A DNA stretch of 64,000 bases, taken from NCBI RefSeq assembly GCF_037042905.1, contig NC_087251.1, forward strand, positions 8,248,001 to 8,312,000, given 5' to 3'. The notes below the pieces were generated by a model. It did not search any database, was not told the origin of the DNA, and saw only the letters and a list, made by a program, of their open reading frames with translations. Shown in pieces: positions 26,901-39,600 of this stretch (its first letter is position 1; every line of letters begins with the position of its first letter). Position numbers and translations under genes: made by a program. This DNA is from Lytechinus pictus. Taxonomy: Eukaryota.

Positions 26901-27668
26901 TTTGATGAAAACAATTAAACAGAATAATAGTCATTGTGATCCACATTCTAAAGATAATCTCTTAAGACCTGTCTTGAAATTGTGTTTCGTTCGTGCCGCT
27001 TGAATATTTGTGGGCAATGAGTTCCACATACTGGCGCCTCTACATAAACATGCGCTTTGCAGATTCAGTCTTTATTTGCATTATTTCCAAATTGAGATTC
27101 CCACTTCTTGTGTTATGTGATCTTTCTTTAAGGAAAAATCTATTGATTAGGTATGAAGGGGCTAAGTTATTGAGTATGTTTAACATCATTAGTGCAACAC
27201 TTTCTTTCCTTTTCTTTTCAAATTCATCCCAATGACAGTTTGTTGACCTTATGACCTTTCCCTGACCTTGTCTTGACCCTTTATATCTTCTGGATGAGGA
27301 CTTCTGACGATGGACTTATCAACATCGAAAATAAAAAAAGTACACACATGCATAAAACACAGAAAGTTCGTTGACATTTTGACCTTTCCGGTCATAACTT
27401 TTTAACGGGAGGTCAAGAGTATATGGTTGTGTACACTTTCTTGTTCAGTATAACAAAACAAACAATTTGATGTATGACTCGACACAATCGGGGCAATTTC
27501 AAAAACTGACCACATTTTGACCCCTCACATGGTCAAGATGACCATTAGAAATTTGTCACCAAGTTGAATGTTGTTCCTTGTGATGTCACCAATCACATAA
27601 AAGTGATAAATCAGACTAAGCCAATTTTTCAAAGTAGCCGGTAAATCATGACATATGCTGCCTGACTA
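23930..27668. mobile_element. Foldback / long-TIR non-autonomous DNA transposon (Academ-like termini)
   Basis: Left arm 23930-25107 is inversely repeated at 25474-~26204 plus ~27229-27668. Termini are TAGTC...GACTA with a 3-bp TSD TGA (23927-23929, 27669-27671). Spacer 25108-25473. The Academ assignment is inferred from termini and TSD only. Confidence 0.82.
26205..27228 (-). mobile_element. 5'-truncated L2/Crack-group LINE inserted in the right foldback arm
   Basis: Minus strand reads LNNLAPSYLINRF..HNTRSG..KTESAKRMF/RGASMWNSLPTNIQ..FKTGLK (ORF2 C-terminus), then 3'UTR, AATAAA and a simple-repeat tail. Absent from the left arm. Confidence 0.82.
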
Positions 27669-30389
27669 TGAGTGCAATGGTGCGAGATTTCGCATGAGGT
27701 GAAAGAAAGAATAGTGTTTCTTTCTTTCACCGAATGCGAAATCTAGCACCATGGCACGAATAAGAATAATCGCTATTTGTGTTGTACAACGCCTCAGAGT
27801 TTAGCGAAAGTATGAAAAAGAAGTCAGAGTTTTTCCCTGCAGTAATCTATGAAAAGGGAGCAAAAATATTGAAAGCAAAAAGCAAAACCCACAAGCACAC
27901 ATGATCTTGGGCAGCATTGCGCATTTAGCCAGCAGGCTATACGCGTATTCATTTTTACTAAGCGCAATGAATTAAATCGTATTGTGATGTCACCTCCTTA
28001 AGCCGTGCAACGGTACATTTTGGATGGTACGTCGTGTGTGCAACGGTACGAATGTTTGACATTCAGCCTCCCATTTGCTCGCGTACAACAAACTAAGTAG
28101 GCGTTGTACAATACATAATATCTGCTGCAATTCACTTACTGACCTTCAAAATCCAATTATTCTTACTTGATGAATGAAATTGTTCACTTTCCAGTACTTC
28201 AGAACTGTGAATTAGATTTTAATCATTATAAATGTGATAAAAGAACAAACAAGGGTTTGGAAGATTAAAAAATTAACCTATTCAAACATATTTATTTTAA
28301 AAAATTTGATTATGCCTCTCAAAAGGGGGAGGCACAGGCCAGATGTGCCCCCCCCCCCTTGATCCGCCACTGGTTGGTATAAAACAATCTTGCTCAGGTT
28401 ACTATTAAGTTCCTCTAAAATAAATTGGATTTAATTTGATTTTGCATCTTAACCTGTTAACCTTTTATTTTGATGTTCCTTTTGCTTCATTGCTCGTACA
28501 TTACTTTCATCTGTGTAGAAACTTTAACCATATTGTTTATACTTGATAATACTATTTTTATGAAGTCTGATATCAATGGTATTCATGAAGGGGGATGAAA
28601 ACTCCATTAAGATATGAATGAATTGTATAACTGATATAATTTTATATTTCTGGTCACAGCTTTCAATGTACTCTATTGTTTTTTACTGTGATATATAAGT
28701 TTTCTGTTAAAAAAATTATATGTATTTGGACCCAATTACCTTCTTATACTGAGTTTTCACTGCAAATGAAAACATCATATAATGAATGTATAAAGTGCAA
28801 TCTAAAATAAATCATGATATTGATAAATATAACATGTTGTCTTATTTCATTATTTATTATGTAAACAAATTTGTTTGTTTTTCTCTGTCATTTTAGTAGT
28901 TACCATTTGACAAAACTGTTATTGTCACAAAGGTTATGTTATTTAGTATGTTCTCATATCATCATTTGCATGAAATTTCTTTAAATACTTACCAAACATA
29001 TTCAACACATTCATATTTTAAATGTCTTTTATCAGGAAGAAGACAAATTAATTTACAATCTATTTCAGAAAAAAAATTCTCTCTTAAAAATGTATTCATC
29101 AAATGCATAATATCCCATGATAACATTCCCTAAATTATACCCCACCCATAAAGTAAGAAGGAAAGAAAGAGAGAAAAGGAAAGAAAGAGAGAGAAAAAAA
29201 AGAAATAAAGGAAAAATGAAGAGAACAAAAAAGGACAGAAAATCAGTAGGTTTAAAACTGTGGCAGGTAGAGGGGAGAAAGAGGATGGTGAGTGAGAAAA
29301 GAGAATGAAAAATTTAAATTATTAGAGGGAGAAATGCTTTCCACACAATGTCCAGATCTCCTTCGGGTGCATTAGATCATTGGTGAGTGGTAGGAGAAGA
29401 AAGAAATAAAAGGGGGAAGTGGAGGAGAAGGGAAAATAACATAGAGATGTATCATTAATTTGGTTTTCTCTGGGAAATCATTACTGAATTTCTTATGATA
29501 AAAACAAACAAACATCCATTGTTTCAAACTGTTTATATTTTGAAGTATTAAAAGTCATGTTGAAACCTGCATGATTCTTGATTCTCTAGCTTCATTCTTC
29601 TCCTTGATAGATCTCTTCTTTAGTCTCTTTATTTCTTCTCTATCGAGGCCTCTAGAATCTAGATCATGTTCTCCATTGATTTCCTCTTCTCATGGGCCTC
29701 ATGTCCTCCCTTAATTCTTTTACTTTATCTCATCTCTCTAAGTTCTCGTTTACTGTCTTATTTCTTGCCCTTCTCCTTTCTGAGCATATCTTCATTTATC
29801 CTACTTTACAAATAGCAGTACCCTATAGGGGATCGGGGGCTTCCAACGGGGGGGGGGGGGGGGGGGGGGGGTGACCTTCTTTCTTCTTAATTGTTTGGTT
29901 TACTAGCCAAGAATAAATGACTTGCCATTGCTTCTTGGAGTTTTTTTTCTTTGAAAGGATGAATATGGCTTCTTTCCCTTCTTTCTTTTTTTCTGTTCTA
30001 TATTCGATTTTCTTTTCCTCTACTTTTCTTTTTTCTTCTTTCCTTTTTGAAATATTTTTTTGAGGTTTCTTTTCTGTTACTTATTCTTTCTTTTTTGTTT
30101 GTCTTCCCCCCTTTTTCGTTTCTTTTTCGATCCTTTTCTTTCCCTCCGCTCTTTTTTTTTTTCTTTAAATCCTTTTCTTCTCTTTTCTTTTCAGTCATTC
30201 TGAAAGGTAGGAAGATAGCCTTTGCCGTGGAAATTGACTATTTCATACTATAAGTTTGCCCCGGTACAAAAATATATTTTCTCTCGATTCGAGCCATTTT
30301 TTTTAACATAATTAAATTATTTTAGATTAAAAAAAAAAAAATTGTTATTTCATATCCTTTATATATGAAAGGATAGATTGTATACTCAT

Positions 30390-30625
30390 TGGGTGATTTC
30401 AAGTCCGGTGTTGGCCTTGGTGTTAGTGTTGGAATTTGGATTGCTTCCCCGAGCTCCAAAACTCATTCAGATTTTGTAAAACTGATCCAGATCACATTAT
30501 TGACATCTCAACAACTAGTGAGTGACTTTTCGGGACCATCTTCATGTTATGTTTGGTGTTGAAATCGTGTAAAAATTGACCTACCACCAACACCAAAAGG
30601 TCAACACCGGACTTGAAATCACCCA
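30390..30625. mobile_element. MITE ending 40 bp upstream of the kanadaptin start codon
   Basis: Perfect 24-bp inverted ends TGGGTGATTTCAAGTCCGGTGTTG / CAACACCGGACTTGAAATCACCCA, extending imperfectly inward. TSD unclear. Confidence 0.8.
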
Positions 30626-30665
30626 GCATTGTGCTGGGTATTGTACCAAAACTAGATGGGTAAAC

Positions 30666-33600
30666 ATGGCCACCTCCATGGAAGAGTCAACACAATCTTC
30701 AATGATGATGGAACAAAACGAAGAAGTGTCATCGAGTAGCGATGATTTGGATTCGAATCGTTGTATGAATGCAGGTGAAGTCTCATCAAGCAATACTAGG
30801 CCCAGTGGAATTTCGAGCATTATTAATGACGACAAGTCAACTGAAGACGGATTAAGCATTGAAGAAACATCGAGCGCTGCTGCTACCGAATCTTCTCGGG
30901 ACGTTTCGCCCAAGGTAGCGGCTTGCGTATCCAGCACTGATACCAATATGCCTGCTGAACCTTGCGACCATGATAATCCCGCCAATGCGAAAGACAATGA
31001 CAGCGAAATGAAAGATGAGCAAGGAGCAGATTCATTCAGTTCATGTGATCGAGGAGTGAAAGCAATAGAATCATCAGAGTCAGGATTTAAAATGCCAGGC
31101 ATGCCAGATAAAAACTTCTTAAACCCGAAACCTGCTGCACAGAAAAATTCTGGCAATGTTAGTGACAGTGTCATCATTGACATTAGCAAGGAAACTGCAT
31201 CATCGTCAAGCTCAGATTTCACAATTCCATCGTCAATTCAAGGACAAAAGAAGGGTACATTTGCATTTACTTTGCCCAAAACTCTTCCAAAATCAAAACA
31301 TGGTTCTTTCCAAGCAACTCAATCAAAACAGAAAGAGCCAGATAAAAGTCCTGTTTTGAAGATACATGATAAATCAGAAGACAAGGGAAAGCCAGCTGTT
31401 AATGCTCCAACTCTTCCATATAAAGAGCCTTCTTGGAGTGGCATCCCAAGCCAGGAATATCATCTGGAAGTATTGAAAAACGGAAGCATTCTCTCCAAAC
31501 TCACACTGAATGACAAACCATTCCATGTATTTGGACGATTAGCATCTTGTGATATTCAGATGGACCATCCTTCCCTATCACGTTATCACATGATCCTTCA
31601 GTATAGACCTACAGGTGATGGAGAGCATGATCCAGGGTTTTATGTCTATGATCTTGGAAGCACTCACGGATCTTTTCTCAATAAACAGCAGATTAAAGCC
31701 AAAGCATATTACAGAATGAATGTTGGACATATGTTCAAACTTGGTGGAAGTACAAGACTTTTTATCTTACAGGTATCTGACCTACAGGCGTTGAAAGGAA
31801 GCAATTATGTTTTTTCTTTCATGTTTTTATTTTTTTTAATTGGTCATTGATTCATCATAGTCATTATACTTTTTTATTTAAGTTTATTCAGTTCATTACT
31901 AATTTCATAATTATTCATTTTTAGGGTATTTTATATTTTCATTCTTTTTGTGGATGATTCAAGATCTCATCAGCTGGCATGCCTTATGTAATAAATTAAT
32001 GTAGGCCTATGTAATAGAGTTTCACTCAATAAATTAATGTAGGCCTATGTAATAGAGTTTCACTCAATAAATTAATGTAGGCCTATGTAATAGAGTTTCA
32101 CTCAATAAATTAATGTAGGCCTATGTAATAGAGTTTCACTCAATAAATTAATGTAGGCCTATGTAATAGAGTTTCACTCAATAAATTAATGTAGGCCTAT
32201 GTAATAGAGTTTCACTCAATAAATTAATGTAGGCCTATGTAATAGAGTTTCACTCAATAAATTAATGTAGGCCTATGTAATAGTTTCACTCAATGTTTAA
32301 TGTAGACAGAATAGGTAATGTTATATCATACAGTAAAATTTTCACAATTCAACCTACCATTGGTGAATAGTCTTGGAATTCAAAGCAATTTTTGGCTACA
32401 TTATATGAATTTATTATAAAATGTGTAGGCCTAAATTTTGATATAAAATGTGTACATTTCTCAATGGAGTTGCTTTGATATGGATTTCATGAAAAGCGCT
32501 ATATAAGACTAAGTTATTATAATTATAGTATTATTTAGGCAGAGTTACCTGTAAAGCTAGAAATTTACAGTTTAACAAAACAGGCTTCGATCCTAAATTT
32601 AAGCATTTGTTATCCTAGCATTATTATTTTTATTTCAAGTTGACTCAAAATCAGTTGGATGATTATTTGTGATTTCACTCTGGATAATCCATATTTTTCA
32701 TGAACATAGCCTATGTAATTTTGCAAAATTTACAGGAAATATTTTTTTTAAATTCCACTTTAGAGAGAAAGACAAGTTTTCAAATAAAAAAAGGGATCAG
32801 TTAGCAGATAGTAAACACTAAATAAATACCCTTTTGATATCTAGATATAACAACAGAAGTTAGAAAGCCTGGTAAAATATATAATATAAAATATGTTTTA
32901 TGGTACTATTTTTCAAATCTGCAGTTTTGTAAACTGTATTAGATTTTTTTGTGAATCCTATTTATCATCTTTCAAAGATAAAGTTTGGTCTGCAATAGTC
33001 CATAAAAAAGAAAACAGACATATAAAAAAAAATATTGATGAAAGGTCAATCAAATAGAATTGTGAACTGAAACATCTAAAAGGAAAAGGTTAATATGCCA
33101 TCATCTGAACATGCTTAAACAGATTTTCAAACCAATCCTTTTCTTAGAGATTTGTTTTGAATAAGATTAGTTTAAATTTTGAGATAACCCTGGTTGGTTG
33201 ATTCTACTACAAGTTCATGAATATTTGGTAGGGTACTTCATTAGTTTTTAATGTTCATTGTGATTCCAGAATAGTGATTGCATAATTACTTTTGAATGAT
33301 TTTAATTTATAAAGTATCATAAGTACTCATCACCTCTCTGTAATATCTTTTCCACTTTGATAGGGACCATCTGGTGAACAGGAAGAAGAATCTGGAATGA
33401 GTATCACAGAACTGAAGGAACTCAGAGAAAGACAGATGATGCAGATGGAAGAGAAGAAGAGGAGAAAAGAAGAAAAAGAGATGGAAGATATGAAAGCTCG
33501 AGAAAAGACATCAGAAGGCATTGATTGGGGTGAGAAATATAAAACCTTCACTCGCAGGCGCGGATCCAGGAGGGGGCCGAGCCGGCCCCCCCTATTTTTT

Positions 33601-36600
33601 GACAACCTGCAGAAAAAGTGTACTCTTTAACTTGATAGAAATTATGAAAGACAGAAAGAAAAGTAAGAAAGAGGTATTATACCCATGATGTGTAATTTAC
33701 AGCCTCGTAACGGCCGGCCCGACCCCGAAAGGAAACAAGAAAAAGGTGAGGGAAGAATTGGAAAATAGACTTTATACAAAAAATTTCGCTCGCGCTTCGC
33801 GCTCGCATTGCCTGTGTAATGAATCCCATTCAAGAGGATTAAATGGCACTTATATATCCAGTTCTGAAATCAATTTGCACACAATATTTTAGCTCGCACA
33901 TCAAGCTTTCGTTATTTTGTTTGATTTACACAAATTGTTAGTCTATATCACAATTTTCAGCTCGCGCTGCGCGCTCGCATTGTTTGATTTGTGAGTTACC
34001 TATCCTCTTTGGAAATTCTTACCGAAATTTGTCAAAATCTTCTTTTATCATGTCAGTATATCAAAAAATTAAGCTCGTGCTTCGCGCTCGCATTTAATTG
34101 TTTGAGACACACAGCTTTGTTCTTTATTAAAATAAAAACGCGCTTAGACTGTCCAGATTTCAGGTCGGAATATCAAAAATTTTGAGCTCGCGCTTCGCAC
34201 TCTCATTATTTAATTGGTGATACTTGTAATCCTCTTCATTTATCACTAAAAAAAGTCCTAATTGAATCCTCTTTTCACGTTACTATAATAAAATTTCGAC
34301 TCGCGCTTCGCGTTCGCATTGTTTAGTTGGATAACTTATCTTTTTTCATGATTATAAAATATCCTCAGAACCTTCAGGTCTAAGGACATAAAATATCAAA
34401 GAATATGAGCTCGCGCTTCGCGCTCGCATTATATATTAAGACCACATGAGATACCTTAACTTGTTTATAACAATAAAAACTTACATATACTTAAAACTTC
34501 AGTCTTTAGTTAGGACTACCCCCTGAAAAACCAACAAAAAATCTTATTATATAGCGGCCAATCGAGAAAAATGTTGATGAAAATATTTTTCGCCCCCCCC
34601 CCTATTGGCGAAAGCTGGATCTGCCCCTGACTCCCATGGGTGAAAAAATACATATGTAGCACTGTGACTATTTGAATAAATCCAAAGATTGTTGAATTTA
34701 ATGAGTGTATGTCATTCACAACATTTATAGCCTACTTTTTTAAGCACTGGATAAAAGTTGCATGAAATAACTTACCTTTTTATTTGCTTCAGTAACATAT
34801 TGAGTCAGAATTAATATATGGGGAATTACAAGTGGAGTTCTTTGTGCTATTACTTAAGAATATGTATGACAATGATTATATTTCCCAAAATACCTGTCAA
34901 ATACAAACTTTCTATCTTTTTAATGAAATGGTGATGACTCCTTTAAAAAAATCATTCAAACATGCACACCCTTGTTGGTCATGTTATGACAGTTACCACA
35001 ACTACGGTATAGGTTATATTCAAATTGTAAATTCACACATTAAGATGAACTATTAAAGGTAACACAAAGAGATGTGAAGTAAGTTTATAGTCAACATTTC
35101 TTCAACAACCTTGTCCTAAATGCTTTGTGTATTGATAGGTATGGGTGGCGATGAAGATGAAGCAGATTCTGATGAAGAAAATCCCTTTGCTGTGATAGAA
35201 ACCCAAGAAGAGAGAGAAGCTGCTTATATCAAGGATCCTAAGAAGACACTTAGGGGATTCTTTGAAAGAGAAGGTATGAGGTCTAAAGATCTAAATCAAC
35301 TAGTCGGGATATTGTCTAACCTGCCAGATGCCAGTTGCTGTCTTTTAAGAGTTTAATGTGAATTAAAATTAAATGTAAATTCCCTGTGCTAGCAATCATA
35401 TGAGCATGTTAGTAAGATGTTACCTACTGCAAATTCATCTCTTAGCTTAATTATATTTAAATACCATATTTTCATCAGCATTTACAGTATATGTCTAAAG
35501 TCAACTTCATATTTATCTCTGTGTAAACTATCCTCTAGAAGGCATGTATTTGATGACCCTCTCAATTATTTGAAGAGTTGTCTAATATGATATCAATGGC
35601 AACCTTGAGATGAAAGGCTCCTTATCAAGGCAACATATGCAACATAAGTTTATACTGGCTATTTTGATGCAATTCATCCCAGAATATTTTTGTTTGAATG
35701 GCAGACACTAAGTATAGTTTGCCAACTTGCTATAACATGTTGGATAAAACATTGATTATTCTTATGCACATAAGTACAGGAATATTTTGAATCTTTGCAT
35801 TGCTTAATGTGTGGTAGTATCATTATTCCACTTTACTTTTGATTTCTATAAAAAACATGAGTATTATTACCCGTACTTTTTTCCCTTTCTTTCTTAGATG
35901 TTGAGTTAGAATATGTAGTAGATGAAAAAGGTAGTGGCTTCAACCATCAGTATGTTTGCAGAGTGCAGTAAGTTACATGATATTTTTAAATTTGAGTTCA
36001 GTGTTTTTTCTGTCATTCATGCTTTCTTGGATTTATTGAAAGCAACGTTCTCGCTACCACGTGTCACGGTTGGCGGGCGCCGCCAACCCTGAAAATTTTC
36101 AGGGCAAATCCGCCAACCGTGAACTTCCCCGACAACCGTGGCCGACAACTGTAAAGCAGGGAAAGCAGGCCTAGATCTACACAAAAACTGAATAATATAT
36201 TTAAAAAATAATCTGCTTTTCAGATCCTAAAATAAACCTGTCGATTATTTCGTTCACGATTTCTTCCCAGGATTTCTGTGACTCACTCACTGTACTACTA
36301 GTGCGCTATATACGATACGACCTCGACTCGAGGCCCAATCTCTTTTGTGGGAAGCGCGAAGATGTTTACCTCGCATTTGCGTATCGCATTGCTCACATTA
36401 TTTACATCTTTAAAATGGTAGTAAATACGCTCAAAAACAAGTGAGGGGAGAGGGGTATCGTGGGTTACTGGCTTGGGCAATGTAATTTAGATTATTACGA
36501 ATTTCAGTTGATATTGTCACTTATTATGTCAAAAATAAAGTGTGTCAAAATTACTATCAAAATTCGATCGAAATATAGTTTCATCTCGTCCCAGGCCCCA

Positions 36601-39600
36601 GCCTTTATAGCTACATCTACATGAATTCATTAAATGCATTTCTGATGACACTGCCGTAGAGCGAATTGAGAAAACTATTCAATGATCACGTTAATAATGA
36701 CAAAGCCAATGGAATGGATTGATATAATGTGCGACTCATTTACTTACATCAAAATGATTTATTCACATTTAAATTCCGATTTTACTCCATTATTTCCAAA
36801 GTCTTGATCTCTACATCGATCTTTTGAAACTGTTGATTAATTTCGCGACGGCGTGTCTACCAAGTTCTGTGCCACTGCACTTGCGCTCGCAAAACGGTCA
36901 CATTCATAATACAAATCGCACATGGCATCAAAATCCTTGATCCGGCCGGGGATCCGATAGTCTTCCAAAATTAGATGGGATCCAAAACTAATTTAATTTG
37001 ATTTTTGTCATATATTCATTGAATCTGTTATAATTTTCATAATTAATAATCGATCTTTATTAATATTATTCACATTTTGTATCATTACGACTCATTTTTT
37101 AATGTGAGTTATACGTACAGTGTATTTTCATTTGTATTGTTCTTTATTACTCTTTGCCTGCCAATTAAATAATGAGCGCACCTGTCACGGGCCTGAGAAG
37201 TGTTTTTAGTCATCACAGTGAATGCTTTATGAATTTGTTGTACAATTGCTTAACTACGATTTAAAATAAAATATCATTTGAAATCAATTTGTGTAAAGGA
37301 AAAAAAGAGAATAATGGGGGGTGGCCGTGAGCAATGTAGATGAAAATGATGGGATGTTTGTGACTTTGTGGGGAGGGGATTGTTCGTAGCTAATGAAATT
37401 GATATTCATTTATGGATGTGTCTACTGTGATTGTGGCTGCATAATCTTTATGGCGATTGGAAAATCCACCTTGGGTCGGGAGGGGTACGTGATTCAATAG
37501 ATTTCGATAGAAGTACACATTCAACAAAGTGGAATTGGAAATTCATTCACAGATATTCGTTTCAAGTACGAATTATTGAAGTTGATATGTGTGAATGTTT
37601 AAGAGGATATCGGATATGTATATCGTTTTTTCACGCCCACAATGAGTTGCTAGTATAATTTGAATATCGTTGGATGAATTTTTCAAGTTCACTTATGTCT
37701 TTATGTTTTTTTATATCGGAATTGTGCTTTTAATATATGAGTTATATCTTGACAACGTCGTTAGCCTAATTATACTGCGAGTGGATGATATTTATGAAAT
37801 GAGTTGGAATGTGAACGAGACGCCCCAAAGCCGGTGGCACGTGATCTAATTAGTATTCACTTTCTGGGTTGAGCCAATCATTGTGCCTGAAAACGGATTT
37901 CCCCAAATTCCCGCCCTTGGAATGTGTCCCACGTGTGTGACCTGTTAACCTGTTGTTTGATTGCGAATCAGCTGATTTCGTGACCTCAAAAACTCTTCAT
38001 GGTGTTTACGCTGGATGGGGGCTATAAAATTAAGAAGATCTTTCTCTTTTATTCATTTTTAATAAACTGTTCGTGATTTTCAAACTACACCTATAGTGAT
38101 ATTGTGATGAAATTTATTGAATCACGTACCTCGATCATCCCACTCATGGTGCAAGAAAATATTTTTTTAATTCACCAAAATATACATGTAAGAAAGATTA
38201 TTCGGCCGTCATCATCGGTAGAAGTACAGACACGTCTATAATGTATTCGCTTCGAATATTGACTTCTTCACCAATCCCACACACACGATCTCAACATCCC
38301 CTTGTCATTGTCCACGCCACGACCCCTCCCCTATCGCTCTCTCCCTTCGACCATCCTACAACCCCACCCCTCTTCCTCTCTTTCACACACGCTGTATTTG
38401 TAGGCCTACATAATGTATTATGTAAAAATAGAAATCTTGTTTCCTGTCAATTAACCTAAACTTTCCAAACATTTTAAATCGCAGTTAAGAACAGCAAATT
38501 CGTAATATTAGAGTATTATGAATGACTAAAAATATTTCTCACGCTCGTGATGAGCACAGCACATTAATTATTTTATAGGTGGGTAACGAACAATACAAAT
38601 GAACACAGCAATAATTGACAGTGATAAAAGAATCTCGATTGGAAATTATTAGTATAAACATCATCAACAGAAGTCTTATGGGAGTTATAGTTTCAGTGAG
38701 TATCGAATAAACCAAACAAAAAACCATGCAAATTATATAAGTTGGGGACCCCGTCTCATGAATACCGATGCCCATTATTTGGAAGCCTCGGAAGAAAACT
38801 TCCGAGGCTTCCAAATAGTACCTCGGTCACATTTGCTCTACGGCGAGTCGAAAACAGCCGTTTTATTCATTTTTATTCAAACCACCTATATTCAGCTGGT
38901 ACAAAAAATGTTAAAACGGCTGTTTTCGACTCGCCATACGGCCGCCGTAGAACAAATGTGCTCGAGGTATGAAGTCGGAACAATCTTTGGATTTAGTAAG
39001 GGCGTGACGCAGCGCAAGCTCAAAGGGCTACGCAACATGCGGTCCGTAGATGCAGTCGGTCATTGACATAAGAAACAACACGCATTCACAAAATTAATCG
39101 CACTTTCTAAGGATGTAGCGATATCGATCTGAACATTGGAAACTATATGGAGTTAATTTATCGATGTGAATAATCTATAATATAAACTGTAAGTATAAAA
39201 TGAGATTGACTTCAATTTTTAAGTTATCAGTAATTGCGTTTCTGCTTCAATCGCAATTCGCGCAACCGTTGCGGCTGTGTGGCCGGAGAAGCATTAAATA
39301 GACATAAAATGTGGTGCATTTAGCAGCAATCTAAGCTCGTCGATATTGATATTTTCGATAGCTACCGCGCTTTGCGCGGGAGGGGGGACACCCCCCTCCC
39401 GAACCCTCCCCCCGTGCGTGCTTCGCACGCACCGAGGCCGCTGCGCGGTACCTGCATGTTATGCTTCAGTCGGAGGTCACATGGTAAGGTCAAAGGTCAT
39501 TTTCAGGTCAATGTTAAAGCTTACATGCAAGACTTTCTTATGACACCTAACTCCGCAACCGTAAGTCACTTTTCAACCAAACTTGTATGGTAGATGGACT

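Larger units (their letters stand above)
23900..28113. mobile_element. Host element with terminal hairpin and asymmetric inverted repeat, split by the foldback insertion
   Basis: Removing 23930-27671 gives a ~140-bp hairpin acaaatagcga(23909)...tcgctatttgt(27780). It is followed by ttgtacaacgcct (27782-27794), whose inverse aggcgttgtacaa lies at 28099-28111. Confidence 0.65.

Noticed and set aside
29117..30253. K/E/R-rich and F/S/L-rich ORFs, G-runs as G-quadruplex elements
   Set aside because: Purine/pyrimidine low-complexity DNA and probable MITE-end remnants (also ~25310-25352, ~28320-28372); no evidence of function.
30576..30665. N-terminal extension of kanadaptin in the ORF track
   Set aside because: Starts at a TTG inside the MITE. 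The first in-frame ATG is 30666.
30581..31222. 213-aa antisense ORF
   Set aside because: Shadow of kanadaptin exon 1 with no recognisable motif.
31990..32294. CRISPR-like array (38-bp periodicity)
   Set aside because: Units are head-to-tail with no unique spacers, there are no cas genes, and it lies in a eukaryotic intron.
36040..39449. Single large hAT-like element starting agcaacgttctcgct
   Set aside because: The left end has subterminal CAACCGTG-type repeats, but no matching right TIR, TSD or transposase was found.
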